Assembly (NCBI GenBank): GCA_036743855.1
Contig: DAINOS010000001.1
Coordinates: forward strand, 1 to 44,300
Source of the DNA: Prevotella sp.
GTDB lineage: Bacteria > Bacteroidota > Bacteroidia > Bacteroidales > Bacteroidaceae
DNA: 44,300 nucleotides
Direction: 5' to 3'
The notes under the pieces are model-generated. The model saw nothing but the letters and a program-made list of their open reading frames with translations. It was not told where the DNA came from and did not search any database. Positions 8,525 to 17,596 of the stretch are shown piece after piece (the first letter of the stretch is position 1; the number at the start of each line of letters is the position of its first letter). The translations under genes and the position numbers were made by a program.

Positions 8525-10351
8525 TCAGAACGGGAAAAGCAACGGCAACACGATGGTCATGACGATGCCAAGGATGACCTGCAAGGGCAAGCCCACCTTG
8601 ATGTAGTCGGCAAAGGTATAGCCTCCGGCGTGCATGACAAGGGCATTGGGCGGCGTGGAGAAAGGCGAGGCGAAACACATGCTCGCGCCAAGGGTGACGG
8701 CGAAGAGCATGGGCAACGGACTGACGCCAAGCTCTAACGAAGCCGACATGGCAATGGGCGCCATGAGCACCGCCGTGGCGGTGTTGCTGATGAACATGGT
8801 GAGGAGCGAGGTGGTGAAATACAAGCCGCAGAGCAACGCCATGGGCCCGACATGACCGAGCGAGGAGACGAGGCCGTGGCTCACCGCGGCTGACACGCCT
8901 GTCTTCTCCAAGGCGGTGGCCATGGGCATCATGGCGGCGATGAGCACCACGCTCTCCCAGTTGATGGTCTTGTAGGCGGCATCGACAGAGCGGAAACAGC
9001 CTGTCACGACCATGAGCAAGCCAGCCGCGATGACTGCCGTGACGGGAGCCACGGGAATGATGTCGAGAGCCATGACCAACACCATGGCAAGCATGATGAC
9101 ACCCGCGAGAGGAGCCTTGTAGTTGAGCGTGACCTTCTCCGCCATCTCCTTTGGCCTGCCAAGGAGCAGCCAGTCGGCGTCGGCTCGGTCGAGACGCATG
9201 ATGTTGTCCCACAAGCCTTGTATGAGAAGTGTGTCGCCGGCGCGAAGCTTTGCCGACGGGAGATTCTTGGTGATATATTCGCCGTGGCGCTTGATGCCCA
9301 AGACATTGATGCTGTAGTTCTCGCGGAAGGAGGAGTCGCGGAGCAAACTGCCCACGAGACGCGACTCTGGCATGACCACTATCTCGGCAATGCCAATGTC
9401 ATAGAAATTGAAAGACGGGCGCTTCACCTTTTTCAGTTTAGACTCGGTGGCGAAACGCTCCACGTCGGGCGCATTGCCTTGAAGATAAAGGATGTCGCCA
9501 CGCTGTATGACGGTGTCGGGCAAGGGCAAACGTTGGCTCACATTGCGCACTATGCCACGATGACGCGACACCTCGTGGCGAATCTCGAATATCGTCACGC
9601 CAAAGCGCGCCCTGAGGTCGAGCTGAGCAACCGTGCTGCCCACAACGGCGCTGCGCGCGTCGACACGATAAGCACGCACGTCGCCCTTTATCCTGTACTC
9701 GTTGACCAGCTCCGTGAGGCTCTTGCCCTTCTTGCGCCCGCCATTTCTCGCGGGTTTGTTGAGGAAGCGGTCGCTGAGCGGCATCATGACGGCGATGCCT
9801 ACCAAAAGACATATAACGCCAATGGGGAAGAAGGAGAAAAACGAGAGGCCGTCGTAGCCATGGGCGCGAAGGGTCTCGTCGATGACGAGGTTGGGAGGCG
9901 TGCCGATAAGCGTGAGCATCCCGCCAAGGCTGCTCGCGAAAGCCAGGGGCATGAGCAACCGCGAGGCGTTCTTGCCACTCGAAGAAGCCATGGAAACGAC
10001 GATGGGCATCATGAGCGCCACGGTGCCGGTGTTGCTGACGAAGGCGCCGATGACAGCGGTGACGATCATTATCAAAAGGAAAAGCAAGCGGTCGTTGCCT
10101 TTGGCCAAAGTGAGGATGCGACCGCCCACAGCCTTGGCGAGACCCGTCTGGACGATGGCACCACCCACGACAAAGAGGCCAACCATCATGATGAGCACGG
10201 GATTGGAAAAACCGGACAATGCCTCAGAAGGAGTGAGGACGCCCGTGAGGAGCAAGGCCGTGAGGGCGCAAAGGGCCACGATGTCGGCGCGAGGCTTGCC
10301 GACGATAAACAACACTATGGTGGATAGGAGGATGATGATTACCAATGTCAT
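8525..10351 (-). CDS. SLC13-family permease with two TrkA-C (RCK_C) domains
   Basis: Hydrophobic N- and C-terminal halves, FVSNTGTVA, GGMLTLIGTPPNLV, FASPFSTPPNALV..GGYTFADY; central soluble RCK_C repeats. Confidence 0.9.
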   Translation of the reverse strand: MTLVIIILLSTIVLFIVGKPRADIVALCALTALLLTGVLTPSEALSGFSNPVLIMMVGLFVVGGAIVQTGLAKAVGGRILTLAKGNDRLLFLLIMIVTAVIGAFVSNTGTVALMMPIVVSMASSSGKNASRLLMPLAFASSLGGMLTLIGTPPNLVIDETLRAHGYDGLSFFSFFPIGVICLLVGIAVMMPLSDRFLNKPARNGGRKKGKSLTELVNEYRIKGDVRAYRVDARSAVVGSTVAQLDLRARFGVTIFEIRHEVSRHRGIVRNVSQRLPLPDTVIQRGDILYLQGNAPDVERFATESKLKKVKRPSFNFYDIGIAEIVVMPESRLVGSLLRDSSFRENYSINVLGIKRHGEYITKNLPSAKLRAGDTLLIQGLWDNIMRLDRADADWLLLGRPKEMAEKVTLNYKAPLAGVIMLAMVLVMALDIIPVAPVTAVIAAGLLMVVTGCFRSVDAAYKTINWESVVLIAAMMPMATALEKTGVSAAVSHGLVSSLGHVGPMALLCGLYFTTSLLTMFISNTATAVLMAPIAMSASLELGVSPLPMLFAVTLGASMCFASPFSTPPNALVMHAGGYTFADYIKVGLPLQVILGIVMTIVLPLLFPF

Positions 10352-10355
10352 TTAG

Positions 10356-10363
10356 CAAAGGTA
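10356..10363 (-). promoter_or_regulatory. Bacteroidota sigma-A -7 element (TACCTTTG) for the SLC13 gene
   Basis: Matches TAnnTTTG; only 4 nt before the ATG. Confidence 0.55.
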
Positions 10364-10490
10364 ATGCCTCTACCCCATTGTCTCCAAATGATTTACGTGT
10401 ATTTTTAGAATCATTATGCAACATTGTGGAATTTTGTCAACCGAGGAAGCGAAATCTCAACAAATAAAGATTCAAGCAAAACTATTTTTG

Positions 10491-10498
10491 TATCTTTG
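10491..10498 (+). promoter_or_regulatory. Bacteroidota sigma-A -7 element (TATCTTTG) for gltS
   Basis: TAnnTTTG followed by CA, about 75 nt upstream of the gltS ATG. Confidence 0.65.
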
Positions 10499-10574
10499 CA
10501 CTGTCATTTTTTCCTAAGAAAGACGACAAAAAGATACAAAAACAGGTAAGAGAGAAACAAAAAGAGGATAACTT

Positions 10575-11822
10575 ATGAAGGAAACCATTACTCTTGACAT
10601 GCTCCAGACGGCCGGCATAGGCGCGCTGGCGCTTGTGTTTGGAATGACGCTGACACGCAAGACAGCATGGCTGAAAAAGTTTTGCATACCATCGCCCGTG
10701 TCGGGTGGCATAGTGTTCTCACTCATCACGCTCGCGATATACACTTTTTGCGACATTGAAATATCTTTCGACGGCACGCTCAAAGACGTGTTCATGCTCG
10801 CGTTCTTCACGAGCGTGGGATTCCAGTCCAATTTCCGCACGCTCCGTCAGGGAGGCAAGACTCTCGTGGTCATGCTCGTGTTGCTTGTGCTCATCATAAC
10901 GCTGCAAAACCTGATGCCGCTGGTCATAACCAAGGCCCTGGGCGTGAATCCGCTCATTGGCATGGCGGCGGGCTCAATATCCATGGCTGGCGGCCACGGC
11001 ACGGCAGGCGGTTTCGCGTCGGTGCTTGAGGGCATGGGGCTCAAGGGAGCTGGCACCGTGGCAATGGCTGCCGCGACATTCGGACTGATAGCCGGCTCGG
11101 TGATAGGAGGGCCCGTGGCCGAGAGGCTCATACAGCGACACCTTACTTCGGAACAATTGGAGCCAAAGGACTATGAGGTTGACCCGGCACTCGCGGGCTT
11201 TGAGAGCGATGAATCGCTGCCGCAAGGACACGCCAAGCACGTGAGCGACAACGAGCATGAGTTTCACCAGTATGCCACAGCCACATACGCGCTGCTCATA
11301 GTGATGGCATTGGGCACCGTGGCAAGCAAGCTGCTACAGAACACGGGAATAACCTTCCCCACGTATTTCGGCGCGTTGGTGATGGCGGCAATCGTGCGCA
11401 ACGTGGTGGAGTTGACACCATACGGCCACAAGCTGCCCGTGGAGAAGATCGTGAGCACGGGCAACATCTGCCTGTCCATGTTTCTCGGCATGGCGATGAT
11501 TTCGCTGAAGCTTTGGGAGCTTGAGAGCCTCGCCTTGCCACTAATCACCATTCTCGTGGCACAGGTGGCAATGATAATCCTGCTCACCTACTTCGTGGCG
11601 TTTCGTATGCTCGGCCACGACTACGACGCCGCCGTGCTCGTGGCTGGCATTTGCGGATTCTCACTTGGAGCCACGCCAAACGCCATGGCAAACATGAGCG
11701 CGGTGTGCTACAAGTATCATTATTCCACCAAGCCTTTCTTGATAGTGCCTATAATCGGCGCCATGTTCGTTGACCTGATAAACACGGGTGTCATCACCGT
11801 GTTCCTGAACTGGATTGGCTGA
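10575..11822 (+). CDS. gltS: Sodium/glutamate symporter
   Basis: KKFCIPSPVSGG, FMLAFFTSVG, GSISMAGGHGTA, AAATFGL, GATPNAMANM, FLIVPIIGAMFVD. Confidence 0.93.
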   Translation: MKETITLDMLQTAGIGALALVFGMTLTRKTAWLKKFCIPSPVSGGIVFSLITLAIYTFCDIEISFDGTLKDVFMLAFFTSVGFQSNFRTLRQGGKTLVVMLVLLVLIITLQNLMPLVITKALGVNPLIGMAAGSISMAGGHGTAGGFASVLEGMGLKGAGTVAMAAATFGLIAGSVIGGPVAERLIQRHLTSEQLEPKDYEVDPALAGFESDESLPQGHAKHVSDNEHEFHQYATATYALLIVMALGTVASKLLQNTGITFPTYFGALVMAAIVRNVVELTPYGHKLPVEKIVSTGNICLSMFLGMAMISLKLWELESLALPLITILVAQVAMIILLTYFVAFRMLGHDYDAAVLVAGICGFSLGATPNAMANMSAVCYKYHYSTKPFLIVPIIGAMFVDLINTGVITVFLNWIG

Positions 11823-11833
11823 CGGGAAAATTC

Positions 11834-14773
11834 CTATTTCTTGTACACCACTATCTGGTCAATGACCACGCCCTCGTCGAGAGCCTCAACCGTCAAGGCG
11901 TGATTGCCTTGCGAGCCAAGTGGCATCAAAAGCGTGCGCAGGGCTTGGTTGCGCATCACGTTTTCCTTCCACTCATTGGTTCCCACCACAGCGGCATAAT
12001 CGACCACCACAGGCTTGCCACCATCGAGCGAAACACTCACGCGCAGCTTGTCGCCCTCAACGGGATGACACGGGTACATGCGCAGCACCACACGCGCCGT
12101 GCCAGTGGCATCGGTCTTGAATTGATAGATGGCGGCGGAGCCTTTTGCCAATGCCGCGGCTTTGCCATCATAGCCGAGCATCTCGTAAGGCACGAGCTGT
12201 CCCGACACGGCATCGGTGGCGTTGAAGAAAGCGAGGGGCACGGTGTCTTGCGGAAGAGGAGTGTTGACCGTGTTGTGCTCCAAACGCTGGAACACGGCCA
12301 GTTCGCGCGGGCGCATGTCCATGATGCGGTTCCACTTGCCGTTGTTATAGAAGCCACTATTGTAACGGCGTGTCATAGCGGCGATACTGTCATAGGCTGC
12401 GTCGCTCTCGCTCCATTTGGCAAGGCCGTGACGCGCCAACTCGCCAACGATGAGTTTGCGGTTCATCTGCGTGGCACCCTGCACGGGATATTTCACCAAT
12501 TGGTAAAACTCGTCTTTCTTCTGCGCAGACACCGAGACAAACATCTTTTCCACCTTGTCCGACAAATTCTCATACTTCGCGAGGCGCGAGCGCATGTGGC
12601 TCTCGCTCCACCCGAGACCTTTCACCGTTTCCCAGTCGGCCACGGGCCACTCTAATGTGCGCGTGCCACCCATGTGCTCAGGCTTGCGCTCATAGGCAAG
12701 GCGATAGAACTCTGACATGATGTCGGTCAACTCGCCGCCATTGTCTTTTCCGAACTCGCGCTTCAAAAACTGGTCGAGATGGCCGCTCACACCAAGGTGA
12801 CGCACCGAGTCGATGTCCCAAGCCATGTCGAGGAACAATTCCGTGAGATACTCATCGGGCTTGATGTCGCCGACGTTCAATATCCACTCACGTTGAATGC
12901 CACGGTCGTAGGCGAGGTTCATCTGTTGCTGAAGCTGCGCCGGCGACGACGTGCCGAGCCAAAGGTAGTCGTGCGGCTTGCCGTAGTAGCTCACGTGGTA
13001 ATAGATGGCGTTACCGCCCTTGCGCGCACGCTCCTCGGCTGTGGGGAAATGGCGGATATAGCCGAAGTTGTCGTCGCACCACATCAAAGTCACGTCGTCG
13101 GGCACTTTCAGTCCGGCGTTGTACACGTCGAGCACCTCCTTGTAAGGCACAAACACCTGCGGCACCTTGGTGATGTCATTGTTCACATATTTGCGAAGCA
13201 TCTGGCGCTGCACCTTGAACACCGAGTCGAGCACCGTCTTTTGCTGCTCCATGGTCTTTGCACCGTTCATGGCACCATCGTGAACGCCACGCATACCGAT
13301 GGTATAAAGTATGGGCTGCTTGCCGACTTCCTTCATGCGCGTCTCCCAGAAGTTGATCACGTTTTGGCGGTTGTTCACGAAGTCGTAGCTGCCCTTGCCG
13401 CGGCGTGGCCACTCGCCTGCCGTGGAGCACGCCATGGGCTCGCAGTGGGAGCCACCCACATATATGCCATATTTCAAGGCCACTTCGCGGTTGCCCTCAG
13501 TGAGGAAAAACGGTTGTGAGACTTCGTGCATTGGCGGCCAGTAGGCATTGGCGCGCAGACGGAGCATAAGCTCGAAAATGCGTGCAGAGGTCTTAGGACC
13601 TATGACACCCTTGCCAAGGCCTGGCTCGTAGGTCTCACTGGCCCATGGGTTGAGTCCCCAGTCCTCGTCGTTGATGAATATGCCACGGAAAGGCACCGAG
13701 GGTTGCTGGCTGTCGGCATAGCCGTCGGGCAGGGCGAAACCAGCACGCTTTGCTGGCGTGGCATCAGCCCACCATACCCATGGTGACACGCCCATGAGAC
13801 GCGAGAGCTGCAACAAGGCATAGGCCATGCCGTGAGAGTCGGCGGCGGTTATGTGCAACTTTCCATTGCTCACCTTGATGGAAAAGCCCTCCCAAGGCAG
13901 CGAACGGTCAAAGTCGACGGTCACGAGCGCGCTGTCGGCGTTGTCCGCCGTCACGATGCGCGCCGAAAGCACCTTCTGCAAGTCGCCGTCAAACATGTCG
14001 AGGGCAGTCTGTGCCACTGGGTCATGTTGTGGGTTAATCCACAGCATAACCTCAGAGCCTTGTCCTATCCGGAACACGCTTTTCAGCCCTGGAGCCACAT
14101 TGTCGAGAAACCACCGCTCAGCATAGGGCAGGTAAAGACGGTGCCCATCGGCATTGAGGTGAGCCCAGTCGCGCACGGCCTGGAAATATTTGGCACGGAA
14201 AGCGTCGTCGCGCACGTGGATGGGACAGGCCTTGCTGTAGTTGTCGAGCAGTGGCACGTTCATCTCACGGCACACCTTGCGTATGATCTTGCCTACCTGC
14301 TTGAAGCCCACCGTCGCATTGTTCCAAGGCGACACATAGCCGAGCTTGGCCTTGGGGCAACGCCGCCGTATGCTGGAAATGAGGGTGCGCAGGGAGTCGG
14401 TGAACATACGCAGCGAGTCGCGGTTGTTTCCGCACTTGTGAGCATCGTTGTGCCCACCGATAATGAGCACGTAGTCGGTCTCCTTGTCTATCTGCCCGTA
14501 ACGCTGCAGGAGCGACTGACCACACCACTCCTTTGTGCGGTCGAATGCCACGCACGACCCATTCTGTCCCACGTTCTGATAGTCGAGACCAAGCCGTTGC
14601 GCCATGATGTAGTGCCAAGTCTCAGTATATGGCCTCTTATGATTCTGCACATAAGAGTCGCCTATGACGGCGAGCTTGCCAGCATATGGAACCTGTGCCA
14701 CAGAGCGCAATGCCGATGGCGAGATGGCAAGCAACACAAGAGCAAATAAAATCCTATAAAATATTGGTTTCAT
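11834..14773 (-). CDS. Fusion: N-terminal SGNH/GDSL esterase + GH115 alpha-glucuronidase-family domain
   Basis: Signal peptide; SGNH blocks GDS(Y), GQNG, GGHND, DWAH; GH115 motifs FRGIFINDEDWG, SHCEPM, GMRGVHD, WCDDNFGYIR, YYHVSY, NVGDIKP. Confidence 0.88.
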   Translation of the reverse strand: MKPIFYRILFALVLLAISPSALRSVAQVPYAGKLAVIGDSYVQNHKRPYTETWHYIMAQRLGLDYQNVGQNGSCVAFDRTKEWCGQSLLQRYGQIDKETDYVLIIGGHNDAHKCGNNRDSLRMFTDSLRTLISSIRRRCPKAKLGYVSPWNNATVGFKQVGKIIRKVCREMNVPLLDNYSKACPIHVRDDAFRAKYFQAVRDWAHLNADGHRLYLPYAERWFLDNVAPGLKSVFRIGQGSEVMLWINPQHDPVAQTALDMFDGDLQKVLSARIVTADNADSALVTVDFDRSLPWEGFSIKVSNGKLHITAADSHGMAYALLQLSRLMGVSPWVWWADATPAKRAGFALPDGYADSQQPSVPFRGIFINDEDWGLNPWASETYEPGLGKGVIGPKTSARIFELMLRLRANAYWPPMHEVSQPFFLTEGNREVALKYGIYVGGSHCEPMACSTAGEWPRRGKGSYDFVNNRQNVINFWETRMKEVGKQPILYTIGMRGVHDGAMNGAKTMEQQKTVLDSVFKVQRQMLRKYVNNDITKVPQVFVPYKEVLDVYNAGLKVPDDVTLMWCDDNFGYIRHFPTAEERARKGGNAIYYHVSYYGKPHDYLWLGTSSPAQLQQQMNLAYDRGIQREWILNVGDIKPDEYLTELFLDMAWDIDSVRHLGVSGHLDQFLKREFGKDNGGELTDIMSEFYRLAYERKPEHMGGTRTLEWPVADWETVKGLGWSESHMRSRLAKYENLSDKVEKMFVSVSAQKKDEFYQLVKYPVQGATQMNRKLIVGELARHGLAKWSESDAAYDSIAAMTRRYNSGFYNNGKWNRIMDMRPRELAVFQRLEHNTVNTPLPQDTVPLAFFNATDAVSGQLVPYEMLGYDGKAAALAKGSAAIYQFKTDATGTARVVLRMYPCHPVEGDKLRVSVSLDGGKPVVVDYAAVVGTNEWKENVMRNQALRTLLMPLGSQGNHALTVEALDEGVVIDQIVVYKK

Positions 14774-14796
14774 AAATCATCACATTATTGATAATA

Positions 14797-14840
14797 TATG
14801 GGGAATGCCTTGATTGTGGAAAAATCAGACACTCCCCATA
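14797..14840 (-). terminator. Intergenic stem-loop between the last PUL2 gene and the SGNH-GH115 gene (partial terminator or stabiliser)
   Basis: Minus strand tatggggagtgtctgatt / aatcaaggcattccccata pairs with G-U wobbles and one bulge; no strong U-tract follows. Confidence 0.5.
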
Positions 14841-14877
14841 CATATATAAGTATCAAAGGAATTGCTTATGGCAAGCG

Positions 14878-16299
14878 TCAGTCATTGAAGACGATGTTCC
14901 AGTCTACGCCTACATAATCTTTTGCCCAATCATAAGACAAGTAATTCCACATATAGCTGCTTTCATCAAGATATATCGTCAGCTTGGCATAGCGTGCCTT
15001 GATGGCTCTATAAAGGACATAGCAATCCTTGCCGTTGGCATCTTTTGCCGTTTTCTTGCCAGAGATGCCTCCCGTGGCAGTCCACGTGTTGCCGTCCTCG
15101 CTCAGCGATACCTTTATGCCATTGCATCCGATATAGCTGTATGGCTTCATGAATCCAGTGACATTGTGTACCGCTCCAAAGTCGACGGTGAACTCATTTG
15201 TTCCCTTCTTTGCCTTTGGCACCCACTTGCTTGTTGTCATCTGGGACGGGTCGAAGTTGTCGGCGGCCAAGCACTTCCACGCGCTGATGTCTGTCACGGT
15301 CTTTCCTGTCACGGCAGACGGATTGTCATCTATGAGACTCTCCTCGACATTCACGATGAGGTAAGCCACATCATCCTCCACCCCATTTGTCGCGTTATTC
15401 GAGTATGTTGTCGTGAATTTCATCGGAAGCAAGTAAGTCCCAACAGCGAGACCAGAGAAGTCTGCTTTTCCAGAAGTGACACTTATCTCCGCGCTTGTCT
15501 TGCCAGCCTCAACCGTGGCACTGGCTATGCTCAATGCCGATACAATATCGTCTGGCAAAGCCTTGTATGCGGTGGCGTGCGCGGTGTTATAATCTGAAAC
15601 CAGATTCGTGGCCGGAGTCAGCGATGCCAATACGTCTGAGTCGATCGCACGCTTCAACGACACTCCATATTTGGCGTTTATCGAGCCACTGACTCCCTTC
15701 GGCGTCAGCGTTATCGTAGCAGTATTCTCCGTATTCGACAAACTGACGAGCTTGTGGCTGTTGTGTATGGCAATGTAATATATGCCCATGTCCTCGCTTG
15801 CCGCAAGATGACGGTCGCCACTGCCACTCTCAATGGTAAGACGTATTGGCAACACATACTCCGATTCAGTGAGCTTGGCCTTGAGATTCTCAGGCAGGGT
15901 CACCTTGAGGTTCTCTTTGGCCATTGTGGTATCTTTTTGAATCTCTGCCGATGTCACCTCGATGCCGGCAGCCACGTCTTGCGGAACAGCAAGTGCGCTG
16001 GTGCCATTCTCCTTGTTGTACTGACTCGTGAGCGTCGTGTCGACAACGGCGCTTACCTTTACGTTGCTCTCCGCATTGTATTGCAACTTCACTGGCACTG
16101 AAACCGCCACGTCACCATATACGCCGGCAGGCGTGGTAAACAATTGGCAACTGGCTACCCTTGAAGCAGTATTGCTCACATATACAAGGTTCTGATTGGC
16201 ACCACGCACGTCGTACGTCTCTTCATCGGAGCAGGAAGAAAGTCCCGCTCCAACGATAGCCGCCAATCCCAAGGTAAATAGTTTTAAGTTCGCTTTCAT
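14878..16299 (-). CDS. Surface lipoprotein with tandem DUF1735-like domains and C-terminal F5/8 type C (CBM32-like) domain
   Basis: Lipobox LSSC; two repeats (QYNKENGT..YVLPIRL and DYNTAHAT..YLLPMKF); FTVDFGAVHNVTG..SLSEDGNTW..IKARYAKL. Confidence 0.75.
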   Translation of the reverse strand: MKANLKLFTLGLAAIVGAGLSSCSDEETYDVRGANQNLVYVSNTASRVASCQLFTTPAGVYGDVAVSVPVKLQYNAESNVKVSAVVDTTLTSQYNKENGTSALAVPQDVAAGIEVTSAEIQKDTTMAKENLKVTLPENLKAKLTESEYVLPIRLTIESGSGDRHLAASEDMGIYYIAIHNSHKLVSLSNTENTATITLTPKGVSGSINAKYGVSLKRAIDSDVLASLTPATNLVSDYNTAHATAYKALPDDIVSALSIASATVEAGKTSAEISVTSGKADFSGLAVGTYLLPMKFTTTYSNNATNGVEDDVAYLIVNVEESLIDDNPSAVTGKTVTDISAWKCLAADNFDPSQMTTSKWVPKAKKGTNEFTVDFGAVHNVTGFMKPYSYIGCNGIKVSLSEDGNTWTATGGISGKKTAKDANGKDCYVLYRAIKARYAKLTIYLDESSYMWNYLSYDWAKDYVGVDWNIVFND

Positions 16300-16338
16300 T
16301 TCGTTTTCTTTTTAGGATTGTCAAAAACTGGGTCTAAA

Positions 16339-17568
16339 TCACTCGGCGCAGCGATTCAGTTCATCGATGCCCCAATGGATGTTGCCACTGTAGTCGAAAT
16401 GGGTCTCTCCCTTACCCTCCTGGGCCTCACGCCACGTGTCGCTCCAATCCATGTTGTAACCATGACCGGTCTTGTCCTCAATGATGTGGCCTGACGACTG
16501 ATCCATCTTCCAATAGGCCACAAGTCCGTCGCTATTGGGGTCGACACCGCACATGCCAGTGGCAATTGCACTTGGCGAAAGGGCCTTGTTCCAAAGGCGA
16601 ATCTCTGCCAATCGGCCCTGGAAATACTGGCTATACTGATAAGTTGTCCACGACATGCCAAGCTCAAACTTCTTGAATATCCACGACTTGCCAGGCACGG
16701 ATACCGTCTTGTCTGGCGAGGCGTTGTCGTCAATATAAAGCTTATAGTCGGTACCATCGTAAGTGCAGGTTATGAAATACCACTTGCCGTTCTTGAACGA
16801 GGTGTTGGACACGAGGCTTCCGCCCGGCAGTACCCATTGCAGCGAGCCGCTTGGCAGACCACTCTCGTCGAAGCGGAACATGTTGCTGCCGTCACCACCG
16901 CCAGATAGACACATGAAGCGGCGGATGGCACCTGGACCACGGAGGTTGTTTACAAACACCTTGGCCTGGATAGTGAAATTGGTAAGCGTAACCGCCTTGT
17001 CGTCGGTGAACTTGTAGCACGATGATCCGCTGGCATCATAAGTGAGATGGTGGAAGTTGAGCACACGGCTGATGCGCACGAGCAACGTGCGAGACGGCTC
17101 AATGACGTTGCCCACTCCACCCTCGGCACTCTTGATGCTGACGGGTATCATGTAGGAGCGGCCCTCCACGAAGTCCTCGGTGCTCACCACCTTGACAGCC
17201 GTGGCCTCCGACACCGCGCTGCCCGCCTTGATAGTGACCTTCTGGTTCTCAAGCTCAACACAAGAGAGAGGTACAGGATAGTAGTTGGAGCCGTTTTGCT
17301 TGTTGTATTTCGTCACGGCTGCCGTATCGATGGCGAGTGTCACCTTGGTGTCCTGGTCTACCTTGCGAGTGGACTTGACCGTGATGCTGTATGACGATGG
17401 CGTGTCTTCCACGACGAGCTTCTGCACGGGAGTCTTCTCAGTGCCGGTCATGAGCAGACCGTTCTTGTTGAAGTCGAAGTCGTTGCCCTCGGCATTGCAG
17501 CCTGTGAGCACCGCCGCGCCTGATGCCAAAATGAAGGCAGCAGACAATAAACTGTATCTAAAATTCAT
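16339..17568 (-). CDS. DUF1735 + LamG-like surface lipoprotein
   Basis: Lipobox LTGC; YNKQNGSNY..YMIPVSI; LamG motifs KWYFITCTYDG, FQGRLAEIRLWNKAL, GLVAYWKMD. Confidence 0.85.
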   Translation of the reverse strand: MNFRYSLLSAAFILASGAAVLTGCNAEGNDFDFNKNGLLMTGTEKTPVQKLVVEDTPSSYSITVKSTRKVDQDTKVTLAIDTAAVTKYNKQNGSNYYPVPLSCVELENQKVTIKAGSAVSEATAVKVVSTEDFVEGRSYMIPVSIKSAEGGVGNVIEPSRTLLVRISRVLNFHHLTYDASGSSCYKFTDDKAVTLTNFTIQAKVFVNNLRGPGAIRRFMCLSGGGDGSNMFRFDESGLPSGSLQWVLPGGSLVSNTSFKNGKWYFITCTYDGTDYKLYIDDNASPDKTVSVPGKSWIFKKFELGMSWTTYQYSQYFQGRLAEIRLWNKALSPSAIATGMCGVDPNSDGLVAYWKMDQSSGHIIEDKTGHGYNMDWSDTWREAQEGKGETHFDYSGNIHWGIDELNRCAE

Positions 17569-17596
17569 GATTGCTTCTGTTTTCTTGGTTTACAAA

